A stretch of 64,000 bases of DNA, from NCBI GenBank assembly GCA_034113365.1, contig JAXEXP010000039.1, positions 13,988 through 77,987 of the forward strand, given 5' to 3'. The translations under genes and the position numbers were made by a program. Position 1 is the first letter of the stretch; each line of letters begins with the position of its first letter. Origin of the DNA: Candidatus Spyradocola sp. Its GTDB lineage: Bacteria; Bacillota; Clostridia; Christensenellales; UBA1750. Positions 18,520-27,365 of this stretch are shown here, one piece after another. The notes beneath the pieces were generated by a model, which saw only the letters and a program-made list of their open reading frames with translations, ran no database searches and had not been told where the DNA came from.

Positions 18520-19701
18520 ATGAAGAAAAAGCTGCTGGCCGCGCTGCTGTGCGCATTCTTTGCGCTGGCCGCGCTGTGCCTGTTCCTGAGCCGGAGCTGG
18601 CTGCTCAGCGGCACGCCGCGCGTGCAGACGCAGCCCTTCGGCTACGGCAGCCTGCACAAGAGGTATTCGCTGAGCGGGACCTACCGGGCGCAGGACGCGG
18701 CGGAGGCCGTTGTGGAGGCGACAGACGAGTTCACGGCGGTCGTGCAGGAGGTGTGCGTGACGCCCGGGCAGCGCGTGCAGGCGGGGGACGTGCTGTACCG
18801 CTGCGCGGTGAGCCCGGAGCTGGAGCAGAGGCTGGCCAGTGCAAAGGAGGCGCTGGACACGGCGCGGCTGGCGCTGATGCAGGAAGAGCGGGATGAGGCG
18901 CTGTACGCCGCCTATGCGCGCTACATCGCCGCGGAGGACGCCGCGCTGCTCGCGCAGGAGGACGAACAAACGCAGAAGGAGGTTCGGGAGGCAAGGGAAG
19001 CGTTATCCGCGCTGACGGACACCCGGGAGAAGCAGGCGCAGCTGAGCGCCCTGCGCAGCCGGAGCGACGCGCTGCGCAGGTGCGAGGAGAACTATCTTGC
19101 GCTGCAGGCGGTGCGCGACGGGCTTTCGGTGGTGCGCGCCCCGCGGGACGGCGTTGTGGCGGAAGTCCGGCTGGAGGCGGGCGACGCGCTGCGCACGGGC
19201 GTCTGCTGCGCGGTGGTCGCGGGCGGCGAGGAGCTTGCGGCGCAGTTTCCCGTCACGCAGGAGCAGGCGGCGTTTTTCGCGAATCGGGCGGGGATCGGCG
19301 CGTGCCGCGTCCGCATAGGCAACGCGCTGGTGCAGGCGCGCGAGCCGGAGCTGATCGCGCGCGGCGGGCAGAGCTGCCTGCAGGTGACCGCGCCCTTTGA
19401 CAGCGCGCTGTACGGCGCAAGCGCCACGATGGAGCTGGAGCTGCTGACCGCGGAGGGCGTGCTGCTGCCGCGCAGCGCGGTGTGCGGGGAGCAGGGCCGC
19501 CAGGTGACCTTTTATGTGCTCGAGCAGCGCGACGGCTTCTTTGGCACGGAGACCGTCGCGAGGCAAAGGACCGCTGTGCTGCTGGACTGGGACGGGGAAA
19601 ACGTGATGGTGGTCACGGACCTGCCGCTCGCCACGGCCGTGATCGTCGGCACGAGCGGGGAGCTTGCCGACGGCTGTGCGGTGCTGGTGACGGACGAATA
19701 G
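18520..19701 (+). CDS. HlyD/membrane-fusion-protein family periplasmic adaptor
   Basis: Starts at MKKKLLAALLCAFFALAAL (N-terminal anchor). It has split lipoyl-like halves (VCVTPGQRVQAGDVLYR ... VRAPRDGVVAEVRLEAGDAL) around a long Ala/Glu/Arg coiled coil. The C-terminal beta-barrel ends GTSGELADGCAVLV. Confidence 0.75.
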   Translation: MKKKLLAALLCAFFALAALCLFLSRSWLLSGTPRVQTQPFGYGSLHKRYSLSGTYRAQDAAEAVVEATDEFTAVVQEVCVTPGQRVQAGDVLYRCAVSPELEQRLASAKEALDTARLALMQEERDEALYAAYARYIAAEDAALLAQEDEQTQKEVREAREALSALTDTREKQAQLSALRSRSDALRRCEENYLALQAVRDGLSVVRAPRDGVVAEVRLEAGDALRTGVCCAVVAGGEELAAQFPVTQEQAAFFANRAGIGACRVRIGNALVQAREPELIARGGQSCLQVTAPFDSALYGASATMELELLTAEGVLLPRSAVCGEQGRQVTFYVLEQRDGFFGTETVARQRTAVLLDWDGENVMVVTDLPLATAVIVGTSGELADGCAVLVTDE

Positions 19702-19714
19702 TCCTTGCAGGACG

Positions 19715-19752
19715 AAAAAGGCGGGGGACGGCGCGGTGCGCCGTCCCCCGCC
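19715..19752. terminator. Terminator hairpin between convergent units (T-run only on the minus side)
   Basis: GGCGGGGGACGGCGC-ggt-GCGCCGTCCCCCGCC (19720-19752), preceded by AAAAA. On the minus strand that reads as a T-run right after the kinase gene. Confidence 0.7.
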
Positions 19753-19756
19753 CGGA

Positions 19757-21052
19757 TCAGCCGTTGCCGCAGGGAAGGGAGATGAGGGCCACGAAGGTCT
19801 GCTCTTCGCAGGTGAAGGAAGCAAAGCCCTCCGCCCGGGAGACGATGGCTTGTATGCTTCGGATGCCGAGCCCGTGGCCGCCGCCGGACTTGGAGGTGCG
19901 GTAAGCGCCGTCCTGCCCGCGCAGGGTGCGGGGATCGGCGGGATTCCGGCACTCGATGTAGAGCATGTTCCGCACGCGGCGGATGAGCAGATCGATGCGC
20001 GGCGCTTCGGGCGGCGATGCGTGGCGCAGGATCGCTTCGATGGCGTTGTCGAGCAGGTTGGTGACGATGGCGCACAGCTCGTAGTCGCTGACGGGAAGGC
20101 CGTCCAGCGGGCAGAGCTCGCAGTGGAATGCGATCTGCTCCCGGCGCATCCGCAGTTCCTTGAGCGTGAGCGCGGAATCCAGCGCGACGCACCCGGAGGA
20201 GAACACCGGGAGGATTTGCGCGTCGAGCGCCTCCAGGTACTGCACACCCTCCGCCCGATGGCCGGACTCGATGAGGTTCTGCACGATGCCCAGGTGGTTC
20301 TTCAGGTCGTGGCGCAGGCTGTGCAGCGAGGCGGAGATGGCATTGAGCTCCTCTGCGCGCTGCCGCTCCATGCTGAGCAGGTCCGCCGTCCGCTTGGCCT
20401 CATATTCCCGCGCCGCGTACCGGGACATGATGGAAAACAGGCCGATGGACAGCAGCGAGATGCCCAGCGCCATCGAGCTTGCGAGCAGCAGCGTACCGTC
20501 GTCGAGGAGCGAGCGGGCGCGAAGGGAGAACAGTACGTCCAGCACGCCCTCGGCCAGCAGATTGATGAGTGCAAACACGATCAGGGACCAGACGCTGATG
20601 CGGGTCGTGCGGCGCAGGCGCGTTAGAATGTAGAGGGAAACGGTGAGCAGCACGTTGGCGGACAGCACGAAGATCAGCCGGCTCGGGGCGCCGTGCTGCA
20701 TGCAGTCCGACCAGGAGCCCAGCGCCCGGGAGCAGAGGGAGCCCCACAGCATCGTGACCCCGTTGAACACCGCCGTGAGCAGGGCCCACCACAGCAGCTT
20801 TGTGCCGAAGGGATCCCGGAAGCACAGCAGCGCGTACAGCAGGGGGATCAGAAAGAGCCAGGTATCCACGGCGGGCATGTCAAAAAACAGATAGGTGGAA
20901 CAGAAAAGCGCGAATGCGGTGCAGCAGAGCGCCGACGCCCATGCCGCGCTGCGCTTTTTGCTCAGAACGCGGTCGATGAACCAGGTGACGAGAAAGCCCT
21001 GATAGAAGTTGACGGCGATCTCAAACAGGAGCCACAGCCAATTCTCTTTCAT
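19757..21052 (-). CDS. HPK10-type (AgrC/ComD-like) GHKL sensor histidine kinase
   Basis: True start at MKENWLW (ATG is the complement of 21050-21052, forming an ATGA overlap with the regulator's stop). The N-terminal half is polytopic. H-box SLHSLRHDLKNHLGIV. N and G boxes VTNLLDNAIEA and GGHGLGIRSI. Confidence 0.85.
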   Translation of the reverse strand: MKENWLWLLFEIAVNFYQGFLVTWFIDRVLSKKRSAAWASALCCTAFALFCSTYLFFDMPAVDTWLFLIPLLYALLCFRDPFGTKLLWWALLTAVFNGVTMLWGSLCSRALGSWSDCMQHGAPSRLIFVLSANVLLTVSLYILTRLRRTTRISVWSLIVFALINLLAEGVLDVLFSLRARSLLDDGTLLLASSMALGISLLSIGLFSIMSRYAAREYEAKRTADLLSMERQRAEELNAISASLHSLRHDLKNHLGIVQNLIESGHRAEGVQYLEALDAQILPVFSSGCVALDSALTLKELRMRREQIAFHCELCPLDGLPVSDYELCAIVTNLLDNAIEAILRHASPPEAPRIDLLIRRVRNMLYIECRNPADPRTLRGQDGAYRTSKSGGGHGLGIRSIQAIVSRAEGFASFTCEEQTFVALISLPCGNG

Positions 21053-21780
21053 ACATGCGCCTCTCTGTAAAAGTATTGCTGGAGCCGCGCCAGGGATTCG
21101 TCCAGAAAATTCCGCCCGATGGGGATCTCGACGCCCGTATCGAGCTGGATGGCCTTCTGCGTATACTGGCAGGCGTGCATGAGGTTGACGATATACCCCC
21201 GATGGCAGCGCAGAAAGCAGGCCTGGGGAAAGGTGGACGCGTAGTGCGCAAAGGTGCCCTTCAGCGGGACCTGGTAATTCCGGCCAAAGCGGGTGTAGAT
21301 GTGCACGGAATGAATGCCCGACATGATGTAGAGCACGTCGCGGTAGGGCAGGCGGATGGTGAGGCCCTTGCGGGAGATGGCAAAGCCGTCGCACGCCATG
21401 GTCTGCATATACTGCCGGCAATGATCGAGGCAGGCGCTGATCTCCTGCTGGCAAATGGGCTTGCGAAGGTAGCGGTACGCGGACACCTCATAGCCCTGCG
21501 CCAGGTATTGGCTGCTGTTTGTGACAAATATGATCGGGATGTAGGGATCCGCGCTGCGGATGCGCTGCGCCAGCTCAAAGCCCGACATGTCCTGAAACTC
21601 GATGTCCAGAAACAGCGCGTCGAACACCCTGCCGCGCTCCCAGTCCTCCCACAGATCCTCTGCGGAAGCATAGACAAGGGCCTGGACGCCCGCATCCTCG
21701 CGCGCCCGGGCCCAGGTCTGCACCGCTTCCTGCATGCCGCTTGCATAGACCGCCTCGTCCTCGCAGATCGCAACGTTCAT
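21049..21780 (-). CDS. LytTR-family response regulator
   Basis: 243 aa. Receiver domain (MNVAICEDE...FLDIEFQDMSGFELA...IIFVTN...YLRKP) plus a LytTR domain (VLYIMSGIHSVHIYT...FLRCHRGYIVNL). Confidence 0.9.
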   Translation of the reverse strand: MNVAICEDEAVYASGMQEAVQTWARAREDAGVQALVYASAEDLWEDWERGRVFDALFLDIEFQDMSGFELAQRIRSADPYIPIIFVTNSSQYLAQGYEVSAYRYLRKPICQQEISACLDHCRQYMQTMACDGFAISRKGLTIRLPYRDVLYIMSGIHSVHIYTRFGRNYQVPLKGTFAHYASTFPQACFLRCHRGYIVNLMHACQYTQKAIQLDTGVEIPIGRNFLDESLARLQQYFYREAHV

Positions 21781-21816
21781 TGGGCACCTCCTGATGAGCG
21801 TTTTGTGTCATCCCTG

Positions 21817-21883
21817 ATTATACCTCATCCGCCGCAAAATGCCCATACGCTTCAAATACAACGCCGCACAGATCAAATACAAC
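21817..21883 (-). promoter_or_regulatory. Candidate autoregulated promoter: -10 box plus a pair of 11-bp direct repeats
   Basis: TCAAATACAAC occurs at 21852-21862 and again, perfectly, at 21873-21883 (21-bp period). On the reverse strand these sit 29 nt upstream of TATAAT (complement of 21817-21822). That box is about 36 nt upstream of the regulator's ATG. Confidence 0.55.
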
Positions 21884-21904
21884 ACATGCCGAATGCAGGA
21901 ATAA

Positions 21905-21959
21905 TCGGATAAAATAACACACCGGGAGATGCGGCAGATCGGGTGCATCTCCCGGTGTG
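21905..21959 (-). terminator. Intrinsic terminator after the 21996-22901 gene
   Basis: A 15-bp perfect stem, CACACCGGGAGATGC (21918-21932) with GCATCTCCCGGTGTG (21945-21959). On the reverse strand it is followed by TTATTTTATCC. Confidence 0.75.
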
Positions 21960-21995
21960 ATGGCGTTTGAGGGCGGGGTGGGGCATGTGCGGCGG

Positions 21996-22901
21996 TCAGA
22001 ACAGGTCCAGCATGGCGTCCAGGTAGACGGCCTCGCGCACGCGGATGTGGTGCTCGGGCCGGGTCAGGTAGTGGAGCAGGAATTCCAGGATCAGCGCGCT
22101 GCCCAGGCCGCGGCCCTCGATCTTGAAGTTGGAAAAGCCCATGGGCAGGTAGAGGGTGCGGATGGCGTCGGCGCCGATGAAGGCCGGGCTGTCCATCGCC
22201 CGGGAGAAGCGGTAGCCCTGGTCGCCGCCGGGGGCGCGGCAGACGTGGTCGGGGCAGGCCTCGCCGAGGGTCTTGCGGCTGACGTTCTCGTAGCAGGCCT
22301 TCCGGTCCCGGCAGCCCAGCCAGCAGCATTCGTTGCAGAGGAACTCGACCTTGTCCTTCTGCGCCGGGGTCAGCGCGTTCAGCACGTCAAAGGCCTTGTT
22401 CAGGCGGAAATCCGGAACGACGCAGCGGAACTCTTCGCGGTTCAGCTCGGCGGTGAGGTCCACGGGATCCGTCAGCACCTTTGTGGTGGAGGAGACGAGG
22501 TACAGCCCCGGGTAGCGCGCCTTTAAGTGGTGCAGCAGCAGGTCCGAGTGGACGATGACGCCGTTTTGGGGGCCCGGGCTCTGCTCGAACAGCGCGCAGA
22601 GGCGGTTGCATCGGGGGTCGGAAAGGTGCTCCTCGCGCAGCAGGGAGTTGCTGAAGGTGAGCCGGGCCGAGATGCCGTATTCCCGCAGCAGGGACAGCAC
22701 CTCCCGGGGGTCGCGGTCGCCCGAACCGATGCGCCCGCCGCCCCAGAGACAGCCGGCCGGCGCGCCGTAGATGGAGCCGATGCTGCACCAGTCGTAAAAC
22801 CAGTCCCGGTGCGCGCGGTACAGCGGCAGAAACAGGCGGTACAGCTCGTAAAACTCAAACAGGCCGGGAAGGTGGTAGACGGCGTTTCGCGCGTTGGACA
22901 T
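21996..22901 (-). CDS. Hypothetical Cys-rich protein (family not recognised; U32/TIM-barrel-like is only a guess)
   Basis: 301-aa ORF with good coding appearance, MSNARNAVYHLPGLFEFYELYRLFLPLYRAHRDWFYDW... It has a Cys cluster, EFLCNECCWLGCRDRKACYE. It lies directly downstream of DUF4127 on the same strand. Confidence 0.7.
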   Translation of the reverse strand: MSNARNAVYHLPGLFEFYELYRLFLPLYRAHRDWFYDWCSIGSIYGAPAGCLWGGGRIGSGDRDPREVLSLLREYGISARLTFSNSLLREEHLSDPRCNRLCALFEQSPGPQNGVIVHSDLLLHHLKARYPGLYLVSSTTKVLTDPVDLTAELNREEFRCVVPDFRLNKAFDVLNALTPAQKDKVEFLCNECCWLGCRDRKACYENVSRKTLGEACPDHVCRAPGGDQGYRFSRAMDSPAFIGADAIRTLYLPMGFSNFKIEGRGLGSALILEFLLHYLTRPEHHIRVREAVYLDAMLDLF

Positions 22902-22941
22902 GTGCGGTGGACCTCCGTATGGTGTGGTGTGGATCCGGCGG

Positions 22942-24441
22942 TCAGGGCCTCCAGGTCACCTGCAGGCCGACCTCGAACATGCGCCGCCAGGGCATCCAGG
23001 CGTCGGCGACGTCCACATGCGAGGCGATGCTGGGCATGCGCTCCCGCACGAAGGCCTCCAGCTCCTGCCGGACGAGCGCGCTGACCGCGCCGCGCGCATC
23101 GCGCACGTCCTGATAGGTCAGGCCCAGCGGGGGCAGCTGCTCGCGGCTCACCTTGCCGCGCACCTGGCTGCAATAGCCCATGTCCTCCACATAGCGCAGC
23201 GCGAGGAAGCTTCTGTGCTGCGGGGTCATGCCCGCCAGCAGGGCGTGGACGCCCTCGGCGATCGCGGTGCCCATGGTGTTGGAGGAGGTGTTCCAGCCCG
23301 CGTAGCCCTGCAGGCGGGGCAGCAGGCCGCACTGATCCAGCAAGGCCAGCAGCTCCAGGTCGCCGCCGTTGGCGTAGGCGTTGTCGCAGAGGGTGACGGG
23401 CTTGCCCTCATCCAGGCAATCGAGCAGGAATAGCACGAATTCCGGCAGTGTGCGCTCCACGGCGTAGCCGGGATGGGTCGCGGGCTGCTCGTCGGCCTCG
23501 CGCATGTCCGAGCCGGGGCAGCTGACCGCGAGCACCAGGTCGGCCTCGCTCAGGCTGGTGGCGACGCGGCAGCCCGCGGCGGTCAGCTGGTATTTGACGG
23601 TCTCGCCCAGCGGGCGGTCCTCGTAGAGCGGGATCACGGCCGGGGCGCTGCCGGAGGCGTACTTGACGTAGACCCGCGGGCGCTTTGCGGCAAAGTGCAG
23701 CGCCATGCGCGTGGTCAGCGTAAGCCCCACCTCGTCCGCGCCGGGGTAGACCAGCACGCGCGCGCCCAGCTGCAGCTCGGCCATCCTGCGGCGCACCGCG
23801 TGCTGATCCATCGCCGTAAAGCCGTAGGGCGCGGAATCGTCCTGCGGGATCACCAGAAAGTCCAGCGTGCCGTCCTTGAGCAGCTCCAGCGTGCGCAGGT
23901 TGAATTGCAGGTTGAACGCCCGGCGGTCAGTGTAGTCGCGCAGATATTCTGCGGGGACTTTGGCGTTCAGCGCGTCCAGCTCCGCACCGCCGCACAGGCC
24001 GAGGCTGACGCGGTGGCGCAGGCTGCCGATCTGATGGATCTCCGCGCCGCATTCGCCGTAATAGTCGGGCTCCTCGTCGCTGCTGGAGTAGCGCGGGCAG
24101 CGCATGATGCACTGGAAGGCGTAGATCAGCAGCTTTTCATTGCGCGCCTTGAGCTGCGCGACCAGCGACAGGCGCTGCTCTGCCTCGGAGGCGTCCAGCC
24201 GGTGCAGGCGGGAGGGGAGCAGGCCGCCGTAGAGCAGCATGTCCATGGACAGCACCAGCCCGTCGGCGTCGGCGCACTCGCGCAGCAGAAAGCCGCGCAC
24301 CGCCTCCCAGCTGGCGGGGGTCTTTTTGCTGCCCAGGGCGGGCGGCGTCACGATGCGCAGCGGATCGCCGTCAAACAGCTTGGGCACGAATGTGGCGTTG
24401 CAGGGCCGCTCATCCAGCGGGATGTATACGATCTTCTTCAT
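22942..24441 (-). CDS. DUF4127 family protein
   Basis: I start at MKKIVYIPLDERPCNATFVPKL (ATG is the complement of 24439-24441), which is the characteristic DUF4127 N-terminus as I recall it. 499 aa. The track's longer version adds 44 implausible residues. Confidence 0.8.
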   Translation of the reverse strand: MKKIVYIPLDERPCNATFVPKLFDGDPLRIVTPPALGSKKTPASWEAVRGFLLRECADADGLVLSMDMLLYGGLLPSRLHRLDASEAEQRLSLVAQLKARNEKLLIYAFQCIMRCPRYSSSDEEPDYYGECGAEIHQIGSLRHRVSLGLCGGAELDALNAKVPAEYLRDYTDRRAFNLQFNLRTLELLKDGTLDFLVIPQDDSAPYGFTAMDQHAVRRRMAELQLGARVLVYPGADEVGLTLTTRMALHFAAKRPRVYVKYASGSAPAVIPLYEDRPLGETVKYQLTAAGCRVATSLSEADLVLAVSCPGSDMREADEQPATHPGYAVERTLPEFVLFLLDCLDEGKPVTLCDNAYANGGDLELLALLDQCGLLPRLQGYAGWNTSSNTMGTAIAEGVHALLAGMTPQHRSFLALRYVEDMGYCSQVRGKVSREQLPPLGLTYQDVRDARGAVSALVRQELEAFVRERMPSIASHVDVADAWMPWRRMFEVGLQVTWRP

Positions 24442-24582
24442 GGCGCACCTCTTTTGCACAAAATGGTATCGCGTTTTCCTGCAGGACCGGCAAAACGGAT
24501 CCTGCGAGCCTGTGTTTATGGTATCACCTGCGATTTTGAGTGTCAATATCGGCGCCTGCGGCGCTTGGCTCAAAACAGCGTA

Positions 24583-24611
24583 TTGACAGCCGTTTTTCCG
24601 GAGCTTATGAT
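24583..24611 (+). promoter_or_regulatory. Sigma-A-type promoter upstream of the sialidase-fold gene
   Basis: TTGACA (24583-24588), 17 nt, TATGAT (24606-24611). This leaves a leader of about 230 nt before the ATG at 24846. Confidence 0.5.
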
Positions 24612-24845
24612 AAAAATGGCGATGGAACCCGCGCCTGCCGGAGCAGGGGCAAATGAATATGCTTCAAATGCGGAAACTTTCTTTGCCGCACCGCGCGTTT
24701 CCGTCGGTCTGTTCCAAAACGGATATGGAAAAATTCACCGCGACGGCCAAGAAAACGCTGGCTGCCTGTCCGGTGGGCGGCTGACGGCCCGATGCGCCTG
24801 CCGGGAGGGCGTGCTGTGCGCAAAGATGCGGAGGAGGTAATCACG

Positions 24846-26246
24846 ATGCGAGGAAATACCTGCTGGAACTACCGGCCCTTTACGCGGCTGACCGACCTGG
24901 ACGTGCGGCGCAAGCCCTTCATCTGCCGCGTGGCGCCCTTTGAGACGGGCTTTGACATCCAGTGGTTCGACAACGGCCAGCCGGGCGGCGCGCACAAGCT
25001 GATCTGGCGCGTGTACCTGACGCAGGACGCGTGGCAGGAGCTGCCGCTGACCGGCGACACCGCCCGCGTGGAGGGGCTTGCCGCGCACTGCGACTACGAG
25101 TTCAAGGTGGTGCGCTGCGACGGCACCGGGGAGAGCGGCCTGCGCCTGGCACACACCACCTTTGTACCCGGCACGGTGGTCAACTACCTGCACCCCGAGG
25201 ACAAGACCTACCGCTTCTCCGGCCACAGCCTGTGCTCGCCCACCCTTGTGCGCCTGCCCTCCGGCGCGCTGATGACCGCCATGGACGTGTTCAGCGCGGA
25301 ATACGGCAATTCCAAGCTGACGCTGCTGTTCAAGTCCACGGACAACGGCGTGAGCTGGCGCTACGTGACGGACGTCTTCCCCAGCTTCTGGCCCAAGCTG
25401 TTCGTGCACCGCGGCGCGCTGTACCTCTTTTCCGGCAGCCAGGATTACGGCGACATGCTCATCGGCCGGTCGGACGACGAGGGCGAGACGTGGACGGCGC
25501 CCACGCACATCATCTCGGGCTGCGGCCCCGCTGAGATGGGCCCCCACAAGGGCCCGATGCCCGTCATCGAGCACAACGGCCGCCTGTACACCGCCATCGA
25601 CTACGGCTGCTGGCGGCACCAGCGGCACGCCAACGGTTTGCTGTCCATCGACGCGGACGCCGACCTGCTTAACGCGGGCAACTGGGCCTACACGCCCTTT
25701 ACGCAGTTCGACCCCAGCTGGCCGGGCGCGCCCGCGGGGCCCTGCCCCGGCTGCATCGAGGGCAACGCGGTGGTCGCGCCCGACGGCGTGATCCGCAACT
25801 ATCTGCGCATCGACATCGCCAACTGCGTGCCCAACACCGGCAAGGCCGTGGTGCTGCGCGGCGACAACGACGACCCGGAGGCGCCGCTCGTGCTGGACCG
25901 CATCGTGGACTGCCCGCTGGGCTCCAATTCCAAGTTCCAGCTCTATCGCGACCCGGTCACGGGCAAGTACATCATGATCGGCACCGAGCAGTCCGCCCAG
26001 ACGCCCGGGCGCACCGTGCTCTCCATGGCGGTGTCCGAGGACTTCTACACCTGGCGGGTCGTCAAGCGCATCCTCGACTACCGCCATTCCGACCCCAGCC
26101 GCATCGGCTTCCAGTACCCCGACTGGATCTTTGACGGCGACGACATCCTGCTGCTGGTGCGCACCGCCTTTGGCCCGTCGGCGAACTTCCACGACGCCAA
26201 TTACCAGACCTTCCTGCGGATCGAGAACTTCCGGCAGTATCTTTAA
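24846..26246 (+). CDS. BNR/Asp-box sialidase-fold (GH33-like) beta-propeller protein, apparently cytoplasmic
   Basis: Starts at MRGNTCWNY (GAGGAGG upstream). Two clear Asp-boxes, STDNGVSW and SDDEGETW. An N-terminal ~110-aa beta-sandwich-like segment. No signal peptide. Confidence 0.75.
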   Translation: MRGNTCWNYRPFTRLTDLDVRRKPFICRVAPFETGFDIQWFDNGQPGGAHKLIWRVYLTQDAWQELPLTGDTARVEGLAAHCDYEFKVVRCDGTGESGLRLAHTTFVPGTVVNYLHPEDKTYRFSGHSLCSPTLVRLPSGALMTAMDVFSAEYGNSKLTLLFKSTDNGVSWRYVTDVFPSFWPKLFVHRGALYLFSGSQDYGDMLIGRSDDEGETWTAPTHIISGCGPAEMGPHKGPMPVIEHNGRLYTAIDYGCWRHQRHANGLLSIDADADLLNAGNWAYTPFTQFDPSWPGAPAGPCPGCIEGNAVVAPDGVIRNYLRIDIANCVPNTGKAVVLRGDNDDPEAPLVLDRIVDCPLGSNSKFQLYRDPVTGKYIMIGTEQSAQTPGRTVLSMAVSEDFYTWRVVKRILDYRHSDPSRIGFQYPDWIFDGDDILLLVRTAFGPSANFHDANYQTFLRIENFRQYL

Positions 26247-26313
26247 GGACGCGCTGTGCGCATGAGACGTAAATCCCGAGATTCCCGGCGGGAGCGGACG
26301 GATAAGGAGGGCT

Positions 26314-27291
26314 TTGATGAAGCGCGCGCTGCTTGAGATATGCCAGCACATCCGGGCGAACAGGCCGCTGCAATCCACGCTGGTCTGCCTGGTGAAGATG
26401 TTCAATGCCGGATTGCTGATCCTTCTGCTGCGGGCATGGGACGTTGCGGCGGGCGCGCCCCCGTCCGTGCAGGCGGTCCCCTCGGGGTGGGAGGACCACT
26501 CGACGGCGGTTCTCCGGCTGATCACGGCGCTGATCCTCTGCGCTGCGGTGCTGGCCTTTGAGGTCCTGTGCCTGAAAAAGAAGCCCTACGGGCGCGGGCT
26601 CTGGCCGCTGCTGCCGGTCCTCTATGCGCTGGAGGCGATTCCTCTGGCGCTGTTCGAGGGGTATTTGGGCCGGGCGGAGTTCGCCGCGGCGATGGCGCTC
26701 ATCCGGACGGGGACCATCTGGAGCCGGAGCCTGATCTCGCCCGTTGTCCACGGCTTGTTCATGCTGACGATCTGCATTTCCCTGACGCTGGACGCCGCGG
26801 GCCGGTTTCTGGCCTGGAGGAGCGAGCGGGGAACCCCACGGGCGCAACACAAGCCCGGCACGTGGTTCGCAAGATGGGGCTATGCGCTGGGCAGGGCGGC
26901 GGCGTCCTGCGCGCTGTGCGCCGTGGTCGTATCTGTGATGGTGATCTCCTCCATGGCCCCGCATCCCGTGCTCTGCCTGCTGTGTCTGCTGGGTGCGATC
27001 GCGTATCTGCTCGCGCGGTACAGAAGGGAATGTGAACGGATCCGCAGCGGGGCGGTCGGGGCTGCGGAGTGGGCAGTGCTGCTGGCGCTGGATGTGCTGG
27101 CCTGCATCTGGCTGGTTCTGCGCGGCCTGCGGTGCGTGCTGGTTTTGATCGAGTGCGCGCCCGCGCTGGGGTGGGTGCAAAGCGGACTTTGCATAGGGCT
27201 GGGGGTCGCCGTGATCGGCTGCCTCCTCACGACGAGGATCCTCACGGGCCGCCTGCTGCCCGGAGGCCACGAGTTTTCGGCGGGCGGATGA
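26314..27291 (+). CDS. Hypothetical polytopic membrane protein
   Basis: 325-aa ORF with at least 7 hydrophobic segments. I recognise no family. Confidence 0.6.
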   Translation: MMKRALLEICQHIRANRPLQSTLVCLVKMFNAGLLILLLRAWDVAAGAPPSVQAVPSGWEDHSTAVLRLITALILCAAVLAFEVLCLKKKPYGRGLWPLLPVLYALEAIPLALFEGYLGRAEFAAAMALIRTGTIWSRSLISPVVHGLFMLTICISLTLDAAGRFLAWRSERGTPRAQHKPGTWFARWGYALGRAAASCALCAVVVSVMVISSMAPHPVLCLLCLLGAIAYLLARYRRECERIRSGAVGAAEWAVLLALDVLACIWLVLRGLRCVLVLIECAPALGWVQSGLCIGLGVAVIGCLLTTRILTGRLLPGGHEFSAGG

Positions 27292-27323
27292 TTGGGGACG
27301 CGCTGCGCGCATCCTGTGAAAAA

Positions 27324-27360
27324 AGAACGGCCGCTGCGGTTGGGACGCAGCGGTCGTTCT
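27324..27360. terminator. Bidirectional terminator between convergent genes
   Basis: AGAACGGCCGCTGCG-gttggga-CGCAGCGGTCGTTCT, flanked by an A-run upstream and TTCGTTT downstream. Confidence 0.7.
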
Positions 27361-27365
27361 TTCGT

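Noticed and set aside
21839-21904. 21-codon plus-strand ORF (MPIRFKYNAAQIKYNTCRMQE) as a candidate autoinducing-peptide or delta-toxin-like gene divergent from the LytTR operon
   Set aside because: It has no RBS. Its KYN..KYN repeat is just the translation of the two DNA direct repeats, and it overlaps the likely regulator-binding site. I kept it only as a note in the related finding.
24603-24840. About 78-codon frame (MIKMAMEPAPAGAGANEY...KMRRR) filling the leader of the sialidase-fold gene
   Set aside because: It starts inside the predicted -10 box with no RBS. It is the tail of a long antisense shadow ORF (23473-24840) and has no family resemblance.
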